Below are positions 11,601-23,590 of a DNA stretch of 64,000 nt, one piece after another. The notes beneath the pieces were generated by a model that had not been told where the DNA came from, did not search any database, and was given only the letters and a program-made list of their open reading frames with translations. How positions within the stretch are numbered: position 1 is the first letter of the stretch; each line of letters starts with the position of its first letter. The stretch is from Prorocentrum cordatum (Eukaryota), in contig CAUYUJ010000170.1 of assembly GCA_963575745.1 (NCBI GenBank), positions 1 through 64,000 of the forward strand. The letters are read 5' to 3'. The translations under genes and the position numbers were made by a program.

Positions 11601-14600
11601 GTCCTTCTTCTTGTTGGGTGTTCTTCTGTCCCAGGTCTGGCCGTGCTCTCGGGGGGCGAGGCCGCCAGGGCCAGGAGAGGGGGCGGGGGGCACCTCGCGG
11701 CGCGTCCCGTGCCGGTGCCTTCCCGCTCGCCGTTGTTTTGTTGCCCCAGGCGGGTGCGAAGCGTGTCGGGTCGGGCGCAGAGGAGGCCGGCCGCAGAGGA
11801 GGCCGGCATCGGCAGAAGTTCTTAGGGCCTCTAGAATGCCCTTGACGGGATCTCTTATGTAAGTACAACATCTTGGGTGCGTCGTACGGGGCGCTCTTAG
11901 ATGCCTGCTGCTCGTCCTGTGGCCGTCTTAGGACTGGGGGCTGGCTCAAGAGGCCCAAACACGGAAACTGTCCAACTATTTGCACGAGTTTGCCCCTCTC
12001 GCTGTTTAGGTCTCAAGAACGTCGCAAGCACAGCCCCCGAGGACCCAAGAGGAGCCCAGCCCAAAAGGGGGTCCGCGAACGGACTCCAGGAGCATGGTTG
12101 GGAATCATCCCCCTCCTTCCCCCAAGATGGTTCCAGGACCCCTGCCAAGCACCCATGAGGCCGCCCAGAGGCCCACAGGGGAACTCCAAAAGGTCGCAAC
12201 CATGTTCCTCGGAGCCCTTCACCGGGAATCATTGGAAGCACGGCAGAGAATACGTTGCAGCCTTCAATCGCTCCCACTGCGCCTTGACCTGCAACCCAGA
12301 CGCTGTGGTGGGATGGACCGACGGCCTCTGGATCCATTGCTTCTTGTGTTCACACGACGACGATGACGATGACGATGACGACGACGATGCTGGATCAGAA
12401 GAAAGCGTAAAAATCTGTCTAGTTCCCCAAAGCCTTTCCACAACACTCTCGGCCCACCCCGCCGCCACCAGCTCTCGTCGACGAGATCGGTCAGACGGCC
12501 CAACACATGAACGCCTAGATGAACCAAAAAGACCTCCGTACATCGCCAAGATGCTCCAAGAGCTCTCGGCAACAACCCTCAAACGGCCCTACAAGGCCTC
12601 GAAGACGGTTCCGGACGTCCTAAGAGGGCCCCAACAGGACGCTCAGATGGCCAAAATGATGGCACCAACTGTAGGTCTCCTGCAAGTTTCTGGCTTCCAA
12701 GCGGTTCGGCTCAAGATGGTTCCAGGAGGGCCCCAAGGAGCCCAAAGAATGCCCCGCAGAGTCCCATGAGGGTACCAAGATGGCCCGAGGACGGCCCAGG
12801 ACGGCCCTAAGGCAGCCCAAGAGGAAACAAAACCAGAGACCCCTGCAGCTCAAGAGCGCACCCAAAAGGTGGAAAAGGGCCCCCAATAGGGCAACAGGGC
12901 CCAGGGGAGAGAGGTCGCCAAGAAGACCAAAGAGGCCCCCAAAACCGGCTGCCGAGGCCGCAAGCGGCACCAACATGCCGTGAAAGACTCCCCGCTTGGC
13001 CACGGGGTGGGCCGCCGACGCACCATAGGCGACTTCGACAACACTTGACCACTGACTCGACAAAGCTCGGGAGACAAACGACGGCCGAAGATTTACTCGA
13101 GCTCGCAAATACGTCTCCCTCAAAGAAACTACGAGCCTTTCAAATCTTGACGAAACAGTTGGCGTCAAGCCACTGGTTGCCGTCGGAACCCTGGGTTACT
13201 GGCGCAATCGGTAAGATTCGGAAACCGTAGGCCCCATTCCAAACAGTAGAATACCACTCCACAGCAGAGCACGAAACACCTTCTGAACAAGATTGCTGGC
13301 CGCCCATCAAGTCTTCTTCAACGCGAATATCAGAGATCCATTCTGTTTCCATACACGCAATAAAAGTTGAAAGCCACGGGTTCGTATTCTGAGGCATTCT
13401 CGCCGTCTTCCTCCTCATCCTCCACTTCCCCCCCTCCTCCCTCCTGCTGCTCCTCCTCCTACTCCTTCTTTGCCTCCTGCTGCATCCTCCCTGCCTTCCT
13501 TCCCAATCCTCCTCATCCCCTCCCTTCCTCCTCCTCCTCCTCCTCCTCCTCCTCCTCCTCATCGTCATACTTATCCTCATCCTCCTACTCCTCCTCGCTC
13601 CCCTCCGACCTCCCTCCTCCTTTTCCACCTTCATGGCGAGAGATCACTTCCCCCGCCCGAAGTGGCGGCGCCGACTAGGGTACCGCTGGGCAGAGTGGAC
13701 GATTGTCGGACAACCCATGGCCAGGGGCATCCTCACACAAACGGCGCCCCCCATACGTTTTCTAGAGTTCCATGCCTCCCCCACGAGTGGACCCAGGTTA
13801 GTTTCGTGGACTCCCCCCCCGCACCCATGGAGGAGCGGCGGACACAACGCGCACAAGGAGAAGCAGGAGAACACAATCACGCTCTGTGCAGTGAAATCTG
13901 GAAGGAACGCGACCGAAACGCGTGAGGGTGCTGGAGAAGCGCCTGGCAAGGGGAGGGAGGAGGAGGAGGAGGAGGGAGGAGGAGGAGGAGGAGGAGGAGG
14001 AGGAGGAGAGGGGGAGGAGGAGGAGGAGGCGGAGGAGGAGGAGGAGGAGGAGGAGGAGGAGGAGGAGGAGGAGGAGGAGGAGGAGGAGGAGGAGGAGGGG
14101 GAGGAGGGAGGAGGAGGAGGAGGAGGAGGAGGAGGAGGAGGAGGAGGAGGAGGAGGAGGAGGAGGGAGAGAGGAGGCGGCGCGCGCGGTAACGAATCGGA
14201 GGGCCTCACTGCCGCAGCTGCCGATGACGGGATATCGCCCTGCGCCAGGGGGGCCTCTCGGGGCCTCTTGGGGTCCTGGTCTCGGCCTCCTGGGCCTACA
14301 CCCTCCTCCCCTCCACCTCCTCCTCCTCCTCCTCCTCCTCCTCCTCCTCCTCCTCCTCCTCCTCCTCCTCACTCCTCCTCCTCCTCCTCCACCTCCTCCT
14401 CCTCCTCCTCCTCTCTCCACCTCCTCCTCCTCCTCCTCCACCTCCTCCTCCTCCTCCCTTTGGGGGCGGGCTGGTCTCGGCCTCCCGGGGGCCCCTCTTG
14501 GGGCCCTCTTGTGTTCCACCCCGCGGCCGTGGGCAGCGGTGCTGCAGGCAACGCCGTGGTTTCACCGTCCGTTGCTTATGCCCCGTTGTCTTGCGCCAGC

Positions 14601-14685
14601 TGGCCGCTAGGACATTCCACCCTCGGTAAATCTCAAAAGGTAATGGCCTCGACATGGCTCACACGTTCGCTGTAAGCTCGAGGGT

Positions 14686-15948
14686 TCATACCACGACAGC
14701 GGCAACAAGGTCTGGCAAAGCTTTCGAAATGGCCGGCACAATTGCATGATCCGACAAGTACTTGTAGCCTTCGGGAGGACAATGAGGTTTGCAACGCTCG
14801 CAGAGTTTGCCACATTCTTGCATGGTTTTGTGCAAATCGACAACGGTGACATTCCTTTCCGCCATGATCGTGGTCGCAATCTCGTTGAGCTCGAGGACTC
14901 GTTTCTCAGATGGGCTTAGAGCACCAGGCACCGAGCGGCTACCGCCAGGCATGGTCGTCAAGAAATAAAGTACAGTGGCTGGTTGCCTTCGCTGCAGTAA
15001 GGGTACCTTGGCAGCGGCCAGAATCGTGTCTGCAATTTCGCTCAACCCGTTCTGATACGTGATATTGTCGTCTGCGCCATCGTGAAGACCAAAGTTGAAA
15101 GTGATGACATCCCATGCTGGCAAGACATGGCGTGGAGTACGGAGGAAATACTTTGTGCATAGTTGCCCGTATTGAACGCCGTCCGCGTTTCCTCCGCCAG
15201 CGTTATCAGGACCATGCTGCACATTTGCCTTGCCGACCAGAGAAGCCCGCACGTTCATGATGTACCCAGCACTAACGCTGTCTCCAATGATCAAAACATT
15301 TGGCATAGCAGAGCTGATTGTAGATGGTCCTGGCCCACAGCAGCACCCGCCTGAAACTTTACCGACACCTGCACAACCAGGGTAAGATGTTGAGTTCGGA
15401 GGGGCGCAACCATACCCACCAGGCACCTTGTAGGCATCAGGGCTCTTTCCGATGCAGCACGTATCTCCTTCTGGACATTGTGTGCAACCGGACGCACCGC
15501 ATTTCTGCAAAGGTGGTCCTAAAGAAGAAGTGCCCGTGTTGGTCGCATGACGCGATGGACATGCGGCTATCCCGAGCACATGAATCCGATTATTGCTCCC
15601 ACAACGTTCGGTTGCATCACCAGTACATGGTTCTGCACGTGTGCACTGTGGATTCTTATCCTGGGGGATCGTGTAAGGACCAAAGCCGTGGTCGCAATAG
15701 CAATTGCCTCCGTTCTCCAAGCCAGCAAGAGATCCAGCTCCGAACCCAGCTAAGCAACACAAATATATGCAACGCTCTTGACTCATATTATTATCATTGG
15801 AAGCAGCGAGATACTTTAAAACACGTCGTTCTCCATCTGGCGTTTGGTACGGGTCGACGAAGCAGCCAATCGCCGAGGGCGATACACACTGATTGCTACA
15901 ATCGGTAACATGTGGCCACGTTGCAGCTAACATGGAGAGCGCACGCAT
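14686..15948 (-). CDS. Intronless WSC-domain + SGNH/GDSL hydrolase (retrogene)
   Basis: WSC pattern GCFVD..MSQERCIYLC..AGLENGGNCYCD..PCTGDATERCG. SGNH block I LIIGDSV, block III WDVITFNFGLHD, block V PH..EGY. TGA at 14686-14688. Start MRALSML at 15948; alternative ATG at 15999. Confidence 0.85.
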   Translation of the reverse strand: MRALSMLAATWPHVTDCSNQCVSPSAIGCFVDPYQTPDGERRVLKYLAASNDNNMSQERCIYLCCLAGFGAGSLAGLENGGNCYCDHGFGPYTIPQDKNPQCTRAEPCTGDATERCGSNNRIHVLGIAACPSRHATNTGTSSLGPPLQKCGASGCTQCPEGDTCCIGKSPDAYKVPGGYGCAPPNSTSYPGCAGVGKVSGGCCCGPGPSTISSAMPNVLIIGDSVSAGYIMNVRASLVGKANVQHGPDNAGGGNADGVQYGQLCTKYFLRTPRHVLPAWDVITFNFGLHDGADDNITYQNGLSEIADTILAAAKVPLLQRRQPATVLYFLTTMPGGSRSVPGALSPSEKRVLELNEIATTIMAERNVTVVDLHKTMQECGKLCERCKPHCPPEGYKYLSDHAIVPAISKALPDLVAAVVV

Positions 15949-15975
15949 CTTCCAGGAAGATGTTCTCCAAGTGGC

Positions 15976-16000
15976 CTTGAGCCAACTGGTTTGAGTCATG
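15976..16000 (-). other. Relict SL remnants (ATGACTCAAA-CCAGTTGGCTCAAG)
   Basis: TTGGCTCAAG is an exact SL 3' end at 15976-15985, preceded by a degenerate second copy. Confidence 0.6.
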
Positions 16001-16094
16001 ATGATGTTCTCCGTCAGATTTCGCCCTTCTGCTAGGGTGCGGCCAAGAACCCTTGGTTTTCCGCAAAAGCTTCCTACGAGGCGTGCAACACTGT

Positions 16095-16116
16095 CTTGAG
16101 CCAAAATGGCTACGGA
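16095..16116 (-). other. Full 22-nt dinoflagellate spliced leader (TCCGTAGCCATTTTGGCTCAAG) integrated at the retrogene 5' end
   Basis: Exact reverse-complement match cttgagccaaaatggctacgga. Confidence 0.97.
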
Positions 16117-16954
16117 CCATGGTTTCAGCGCCCTTGGCCGCGGCAAGTTCCCCGACACCGCGTGAACCGCGCAGCCTTTGGGCGATCTTAGCGCTCGGAG
16201 TTTCCTAGGGATTCGGATCTATTGTCGGACGAATCTCGCGATGTGGAAAGCGTCTAGAAACATCGATGTGCATTGCTTTGGAAAGGCTGTCGGGAACATG
16301 GACATCGAGGTTCCCGGAAGGCACTCTAGGAACATGGTCTAGGACGTGGACGCGATGGCTTCGAGAGGCTCTGGACCCTCGGGTCGGCTAAACGCAAGAG
16401 GATCCCGGGCAAGGGTGGCCTCCAGTGTGCGGCTTCAGTGGGCTCCCCCAGCCCCACCAAAGCGGCACGCGTGCTCGAATCTGGCCCGCCTGCGCCCGCC
16501 TGAAGCCGCGCACCAGAGGTCACTCCAGCGAAGGATCACTCTTACGCGTGCGGTCGATCGATCAGGGGCGTCTTAGGGCTACTCGACGGCGTCTCGGGGG
16601 CTAGGGGGCCTCGTGAGGGCTGGCTGGCGGTCTCGGGCTTTTTCGAACCTCTGTTGAGGCTCTCCAGGTGGCTTCTTGGGCGTTTTGGGCGGCCTCCTGG
16701 ACCGTCTTCGGGCCCTCTTGGGCGTTCTGGGGGTCCTCTGGAGGGACTCGTGAGCTGCTTTCGAGCGATGTCGAAGGCCTCTTAGGCCGTCTGCGGCCAT
16801 CGGGCATCGGCCAAACCGCGTGTCGTCGAAAGGCTCTCGGGGCTTCCTCGACGCCATTGTTGCTGCCCTTGGTCCACTTTCTGGACTGGTGACCTGTCTG
16901 TGGGGCTCTCCTCCTCCTTCTCCTCCTCCTCCTCCTCCTCCTGTCTCCCTACCT

Positions 16955-17510
16955 CCAGCTTTCCCAACTTTCTTCGATTTCCCCGCTGTCCTGGCTTTCC
17001 GAGCTTTCTTCGCTTTCCCCGCTTTCCAAGCTTTCCCAGCTTTCCTAGCTTCCCCAACTTTTCAAACTTTCCCTGCTTTCCAGCTCTGTTAGCCTTCCAA
17101 GCTGTCCCACTTTCCAACATTCCTGCTTTCTCGCTTTCTCGGCTTTCCCATCTTTCCCAACGTTCACTGCTTTCTCAACTTTCCCACCTTCCCCGCTTTC
17201 CCGCTTCCCAGCTTTCGAAATTTCCAAACTTTCCCCGAGTTTCCCGCTTTCCTCCGCTTTCCCACCTTACCCCGCTTTCCCAACTTTCACGCTTTCCCAA
17301 CCTTCCCGGCTTTCCAAGCTTTCCCCGCATTCACACTTTCCCACCCTGCCCTGCTCTCCAACTTTCACTGCTTTCCCCGCTGTCCCCCGCCTTCCGCGCT
17401 TGCCAGCTTTCCAGATTTCCAGGTTGTCCAGCTTTCCCGGCTTTCAGCTTTCCTCAGCTTCTCTTTCCCAGCCTTGTTCGCTTTCTCAGCGTTCCCCAGC
17501 TTTCACCCAG
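16955..17510. repeat. 9-bp tandem repeat (gctttccca)n
   Basis: ctttccc(a/c)(g/a) periodicity; produces FPS/KLG pseudo-ORFs. Confidence 0.9.
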
Positions 17511-17869
17511 CTCCCCCAAGAGGCCCAAGGGGACCCCAAGACGCCGCCAAGGAGCCCCAAGAGACCCCCCAGAGGCCCCCAAGAGGCCCCTAGGAGGCCC
17601 CAAAGAAGCCCCCAAGAGGCTTCAAAGAGGCCCCATAGAACGGTCGAGGGCCGGCGGAATGAGCGAAGCGATTCAATAAAAAACGCTCTCTTTTCGATAA
17701 TCCCCAGAACGTGCGTTGGCCCCCGCGTGTGTTTGCCCGTCGAGGCCCTTCGGTGCGACGCAGGCGATGCAGTTACTGCTCTGCTGGCTGGGCTGAAGTG
17801 GGGGTAAGCACACACACACACATTGGCCCAACACCGAAGGACAGGAGACCATCGAAGGACAGGAAGCAA

Positions 17870-18040
17870 CCCTGAGGAAGTAAAGGAACTAACACCTGAA
17901 GGAAAGGAAGGAACCCTGAGGAAGTCAAGGAAGTAACACCTGAAGGAAAGGAAGTGTCACCTGAGGAAGTCAAGGAAGTGACACCCGAAGGAAAGGAAGT
18001 AACACCTGAGGACCACCGATCCTCGCCACCGCAGGAAACT
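17870..18040. repeat. Short tandem repeat (cctgaggaagtcaaggaagtaaca variants)
   Basis: Alternating 21/24-bp units. Confidence 0.8.
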
Positions 18041-18203
18041 GAAGGGGCCCCAGGACACACAAACAAATACACACAAATAGAACGATTCCCCATATATATT
18101 CCCATATTGTCTGGGTTTCTGTCTTCCCCCCCACACTTCCCATATTTTCCCCATATCTCCTGGGGGATCGACGATGAATTGTGTCTGTGTGTTTCTTCCC
18201 CTC
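18041..18203. mobile_element. ~160-bp dispersed repeat, MITE-like; other copies at ~18612-18774 and ~21126-21274
   Basis: Three similar copies: aaatacacacaaata..cccatatt..ggggaatcgacgattcattgtgtctgtgtgtt, with agggg/cccct ends. Confidence 0.8.
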
Positions 18204-18292
18204 CTGCGAAACGCACAACACCGCACCGCCCCCGACGCCGGTGCCCGCACGCGGGGCGAAGGGCGGCGCGGGCGGCGCGGGCGGACGCCGGC

Positions 18293-18359
18293 CTCGCCCC
18301 GCCGCCGCCGAGGCCCGCGCGGCGCCCGCGCCGGCGCCGGAGCCCGCGGCGAGCCGTGC
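18293..18359 (-). CDS. Exon D of putative U2SURP-like gene (ARLAAGSGAGAGAARASAAAGR-G)
   Basis: Acceptor CTCTTCCCTCCCAG|G and GC donor CGAG|GC. Phase 0 in, phase 1 out, matching exons C and E. High GC3. Confidence 0.6.
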
Positions 18360-19030
18360 CTGGGAGGGAAGAGGGGCATCAATGAAGGGGCCCGATGGTC
18401 CAGCATCGTCATCGATGGTTCTCGCCGAGAAAAAATGCACACGTCCGAGCGATGCCGGGCCCCCCAGGGAGAGAAGAGGAGGCCCGAGGACGGCCCGCCA
18501 CACGGGCACAATCTCGTGGCCCTCGCCGAGCCACGGGCTCCCCCCGGGGGCAGGACCGGTCAGCATCAGATCGATGGAATCGGACGGGATCGAGACGAGC
18601 CTCGAAGCTTTGAAGGGGCCCACAGACACACAAGTAAATACACGCAAATAAAACAGATTCCCCATAGTTTCCCATATGTTCTGGGTTTTTGTCTTCCCCC
18701 CCACTTCCCATATTTTCCCATATTTTCTGGGGAATCGACGATTCATTGTGTCTGTGTGTTTCTTTCCCCCCTGAATCTAGTCGGGCATGTGCGAAAAAAA
18801 CGGGGGCGGCGGCGGCGGCGGACGACGGCAGTGTCGTGAAGACGTGCTCAACTCTGAGAAAAACTCTGTTTTGAGGAGCCTGGGGCCTGTACAGAAGCGA
18901 GGGCCCGGGTCAACTCGCAGAGTAAGAATGGAAAGAGAGCTGGCCAGTCTGGTGTGCCACCCGTCTGTGTCGACGTGCTTTGGCCTCAGCTCTATAGGCA
19001 GAGTTTGGGCGAAACAATCTAATTCCCCGA

Positions 19031-19742
19031 AAATAGCATGCTCATAAGCAGCAGCTCCGGGAAATGACAGACGTGACTCGACATTGTAGTCGACGAAGGC
19101 AAGAGGTACGGTCTGGAATTGGATTGGGGCAAGACTGTAATGCATGAGCGTGCACAATTATGGCGCGATTGTCTCCCATACTGGTGCCCCGCTGACAGCG
19201 GTGGAGCAAGCAATGTATCTTGGTGGCCTGTTGAACGTCAATGGCATAGTAAAGCCAGAAGTGACCAGGAGAATCGGTAAGGCCAAATCCGCCTTTCAGA
19301 AATTGTATCAATATTGGTCTCACGCCAACATCAGCCGCGCCAGACAAATATAAGTGTACAAAACGATCGTTTTGCCGAAGTTGTTGTACACTTTGGAAAC
19401 GCTTTGGCTGCTGCAGGCAGACAAAGACCGTTCAGACAGCTTCCACACGCAATTTTTAATGACTAGTTCTAAGACTTCCAAGCGCATATGTTTCACGAGT
19501 GTCTGATAAAAAGGTTTGGGAGCGAGCGGGGGAACACCCACTGAGCTCCACACTTCGCTGGCGCCAAACGGCGCTACACAAGAAAATTGCAGCGTTGCCC
19601 GGAGCCGAACCTTTCAGACTTTTAACATGCCAGCCTGGCACCGACCTGCCCAGAAGATGGGCGCACTGGCGACGCAGGGGAAGGCCTAAACAGCAGTGAG
19701 CCCCTTGCGTGTATAGCCTTCTGCCTACACCTTCGCTTTAAG
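19031..19742 (+). pseudogene. 5'-truncated, decayed non-LTR retrotransposon (LINE) RT C-terminal region
   Basis: LDIVVDEGKRYGLELDWGKT, YLGGLL..EVTRRIGKAKSAF, IVLPKLLYTLETLWL, RVSDKKV, RRRGRPKQQ. In-frame stops and frameshifts. Confidence 0.85.
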
Positions 19743-20634
19743 TGTGGCGCTTCTGTTACCCCTCTCCTCTCCTCCCCCTCCCCCCCGCGTGGCGCCGATA
19801 CGTTTGCTGGTGAACTCGTATCGTTCTCACTGCCTGCATTTCTCTGCCCAGTCCGAGCCTGGGGCTATTGCTGGTGTTTCCGGTCACACGCATCACTATT
19901 TATTTTGCCAATGCGTCGTCTGTGCGCCAGGCTTGACTGACTGACAAAAAACAAGAAATAGGCAAACATAGTCAAAAAAAACGTCCCCTGACTATTTTCG
20001 GAATATTTTTGAGCATGTCCCCTGTAGAGGGACAAGCCCGACTTAAGACAAGCAGGATCCGTCAGCATGGAATCGGGAGGTCGGACCGAGTCTGAATTGG
20101 GGATGGGCAGAGCTCCCTTTAGTAAAGCGTGGTTCAATGAAAACGACCTCGGGCCCAAACCTGGCGGGCGTAAGCCTGGAAAATGACGGCCGCGGCGCCC
20201 TCTCGAGAAAAGAAATCGGACAATTCACTAATCGACGTGTCAGGGTGGGGGTTCTGCCCAACTCGGACAGAAGGTGCGTCGGACCCCCCCCCCCTTGGGT
20301 CATTGAAAAAACCCGGCGGGCGGTTTCTCGCTGTGTTCGACCTCTGGGGCTGAGTCGGGCATGCCCCATATACAGGAGGACTATTCAAGAATAGCTCAAA
20401 GATAATAGGGTGACGATTTCATGTGTCTTCGCTATTGTTAGTTTTGTTGACAACTGCTTGAGTATGTCTTATTCTTATCCCAAAATCCTCCTGTCAGAGG
20501 ACATGCCCGACCTGACTCTGGGGGCCCTTGCCAGACCTCGAGCCGTCCAAAAAACAGCTCGGAAGGACAAAACTGGGACCTGGGGACTGGTCGAGAACTT
20601 CGGGGTCGACGTTGTGAACAAAGCATGACGTCGG

Positions 20635-21012
20635 TTGGCGGTGAGCGAGGGGGGAAGCGAGAAGGAGAAGGCCTTCTCAGAAGGCGGCGGGGAATCTCAG
20701 AAGGCCCCCGGCCTTCTGAGAGGTCTTCGTGTCTTCAAGGGAGGCTCAAGCAGATTCTCGGAAGGCCAGGCGACTTCCGAGCCTTCTGAGAAGACCTTAC
20801 TCCAGATTTCGTAATAAAGGGAGAGGGGTCTCATTTCGGGGGGGGGTCTCTTCCAGGCTATCTTGGAGGGCCTGGGGGGTCTGGGACCGATGTTTTGGAG
20901 GGTTCTCCCACGGGGGAGGTCTGAAATGGCTTGTCTTGGAGGGTCCAGACCCCCTCCCTTTTATTACGAAATCTGTAGTATCCTTCTCGCTTCCCCCCTC
21001 GCTCGCCGCCGA
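20635..21012. mobile_element. MITE with TTGGCGG...CCGCCGA termini and 5-bp TSD gtcgg; relative of the psb31 intron element
   Basis: gtcgg at 20630-20634 and 21013-21017. Long TIR gagcgaggggggaagcgagaagga / tccttctcgcttcccccctcgctc. Shares gccttct(a/g)agaag motifs with 61871-62046. Confidence 0.8.
20800..20978. mobile_element. TA-flanked MITE nested in the 20635-21012 element
   Basis: TA|ctccagatttcgtaataaagggagaggggtct ... agaccccctcccttttattacgaaatctgtag|TA. Confidence 0.8.
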
Positions 21013-21568
21013 GTCGGGGGTCTGGGTCGGATCGGGCGGCACGGAGCCGAGGTCGAATGGGATCGGCTGCGCCGGGCTGCGCAACAGCGCCGTGCGAGCA
21101 TCGGGCCGCATCGGATCGCCAGAATTAAAGGGGCAAATGAATACACACAAATAAACAGATTCACCATATTTTCCCATATTTTCTGGGTTGCTATCTTCCC
21201 CCCCACTTCCCAGATTTTCCCATATTTTATTGGGAATCGACGATTCATTGTGTCTGTGTGTTTTTTCCCTCCTGAAGAATATACACTCGGATCGGATCGA
21301 GCTGGCCGGAGCCGATCTCGGATCGGAGCGATCGGATCGAAATGGACCCTGAAGAAGCGGCATACGGTCCACCCGCAGACCCCCCCCTCGCGCCGCGAAA
21401 AAAAAGACACAACGAATCGTCTTTGGTGTGTGGTTCTGTCCTCGGCCTCCTGGGGCCCTCGCCGGACTCGAGGACCGTCACAGACCTGCGCGGGATGAAA
21501 GGCGGGTCCAGGGGAAGGGGTCGAGACCTCCAGAGGTCCACGCTGTGAAAAGTCATGGCGTCGGGATC

Positions 21569-21784
21569 TGGATCGGAAACGTTTGCTTCGCGAGTCGCGG
21601 CGGCGGCCTCGGCGACACGCTATGTCCTGCGAGCGGATAGCCTGTCGCTCCGCTCTCCGGGGCGGGAGGCTGGGAACGGCTCGGGGCGTTGACGCTTGGG
21701 GACTGGGAAATGGTCAGCGTATCGCGCCGAGGCGCGGTGGGCCAGAACTGGCGGCGCGACACGCAAAGCCAAAAATCCCAACCG
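21569..21784. mobile_element. ~215-bp MITE family, copy 1
   Basis: Shares the core gtcgcggcggc..gcggatagc..gtcgctccgctc..ggggcgggagg..ggggactggg with the copies at 26055 and 58792. Confidence 0.75.
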
Positions 21785-22021
21785 TAAACGTAAACTGTTG
21801 GAGGCTCGCACGGACCTCTTGGATCGGCGCTGGACCCCCCTCCATGGCTCGCGGAGCGAGCCAAGGAAGGCGCCGGAGGCGCCGCCGAGGGGGGCCCAGG
21901 TGCCGATCCGAGCAATCCGCGCGGAGATCCGAAAGCTTATGTTTATCAGAAGGCATAAGATCCACTCTAATAATAAGCACCCCCTACCGTACGTTTATGC
22001 AGCTTTTCTCTCTTCGACTGC

Positions 22022-22057
22022 CTGCTCCTTCTCGTGCCAGTGCAGCTCGTAGGCGGC
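22022..22057 (-). CDS. Exon C of putative U2SURP-like gene (AAYELHWHEKEQ)
   Basis: CCCGCAG|GCC...CAG|GCAGT; 36 nt, phase 0/0, every third position G/C. Continues LIDRL naturally. Confidence 0.7.
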
Positions 22058-22469
22058 CTGCGGGCGCGCGCGCGGCACGGGGGCGCCGAAGAGACGGCTG
22101 CTCAGGACAGCTCCTCCTCCTCCTCCTCCTCCTCCTACTCCTCCTCCTCCTCCTCCTCCTCCTCCTCCTCCTCCTCCTCCTCCTCCTCCTCCTCCTCCCT
22201 CCACATCATCCTCCCCCTCCTGCTCCTGCTCCTGCTCCTGCTCCTCCTCCTCCCCTCCTCCTTCTCCTCCTCCTCCTCCTTCTCCTCCTTCCCCCCCTCC
22301 TCCTCCTCTTCCTCCTCCTCCTCCTTCTCCTCCTCCTCTCCTCCTCCTCCTCCTCCGCCTCCTCCTCCACCCCTTATCCTTATAGGTAACTCCTCCCTGT
22401 CGGAACCCGAGGCCGGTCAAAAGGGCGGACTGGGCGTTTCGATTGAGACGCCCTCACAATCCATGGTCC

Positions 22470-23590
22470 TGAAGATTGAAACTTGCAAGGGCTTCACGGA
22501 TGGAGGGCGGTTCGCTTTCAAAACGTGGCTCTCGCCTCAGCGCCACGCGCATTCGTTTTAAACGTTTGTAATTGCTTCACGGATGGAGGGCGGCTCGTTT
22601 TTTAACGTGGCTCTCGCCTCAGCGCCGCGCACAGTCGTTTTAAACGCTTGTAAGAGCTTTACGGATGGAAGGCGGCTCCCGTTCAAGATGTGGCTCTCGC
22701 CTTAGTGCCGCGCACATTCGTCTTCAGAATTTCTATCAATTTCAAGGACTCTCGTGGTTAACGTTCCAGAAATGGGGCTTGGGAACGATGTCGGAGTGTC
22801 AGGGCGCAGCAGTCACGTTGATTCCTGGTGCTCAAGTTCCAAGAATGGCGTTCTGGCACGATTCAGGACCGTGAAGACGCTACGAAAACGGTGATTCGCG
22901 GCGTTGAAGGCCCAGGAATGATGTCCTGGCACATTTCGGGATTGTCAACTGGCTGTCTCCCAACGGGGCATTTCCCTCAGTGACTATGAATCCGTGTGGA
23001 AGCCCATGAAGAGGGAACTTGGGGGAAGGGTTTATTGCAGTATCGTTGATGGGGGTTGGGTTTACAGTGGTCCTCTACCTCCTCCTCTTCCCCCCTTCCT
23101 CCATCCCTGTTCCTTATAAACGACTCCCCTCCATCGCACACCCAGACGTGTCCGCAGAGCGGGCCAGGCGATTCGCCTAAAACTTTCTCGCCACTTCGGA
23201 CCCTGAAGACTACCATTCGCAACAACGTCACGGATGGAGGGCGGGTTGTCTGTACAAGGCTGCTCGTTCTTGCCTTAACGCCGATCACAATTTCCTCATA
23301 CACTTGCAACAGTTTTCCGGTTGGAGGGAGGGTAGTTTTCAAAACGTGGCACTCGACTTGGCGCCGCGCACATTCGTCCTGAAAAATCGCAACAGCTTCA
23401 CGGAAGGCGGGCTAGTGGTCTTCAAAATGTGGCTCTCGCTGTGACGCGTACATTCGTCTTGAAAGGTTGCAGCAGCTTCACGGATTGAGGCGGCGGTCTT
23501 CGAAAGGTAGCTCTCGCCTCAGCGCCGCGCGCATTCGTACTGAAAGTTTGCAACAGCTTCACGGATGGAGAGCGGGTGTTCGAAACGCGG
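22470..23590. repeat. Degenerate ~85-bp tandem repeat (cagcttcacggatggagggcgg..gtggctctcgcctcagcgccgcgc)
   Basis: About 8-9 units in two blocks. Confidence 0.8.

Noticed and set aside
13030..13410. Unique lower-GC segment as a gene fragment; likewise 29340-29650, 46540-47100 and 57360-57640
   Set aside because: Stops in the candidate frames and no recognisable motif.
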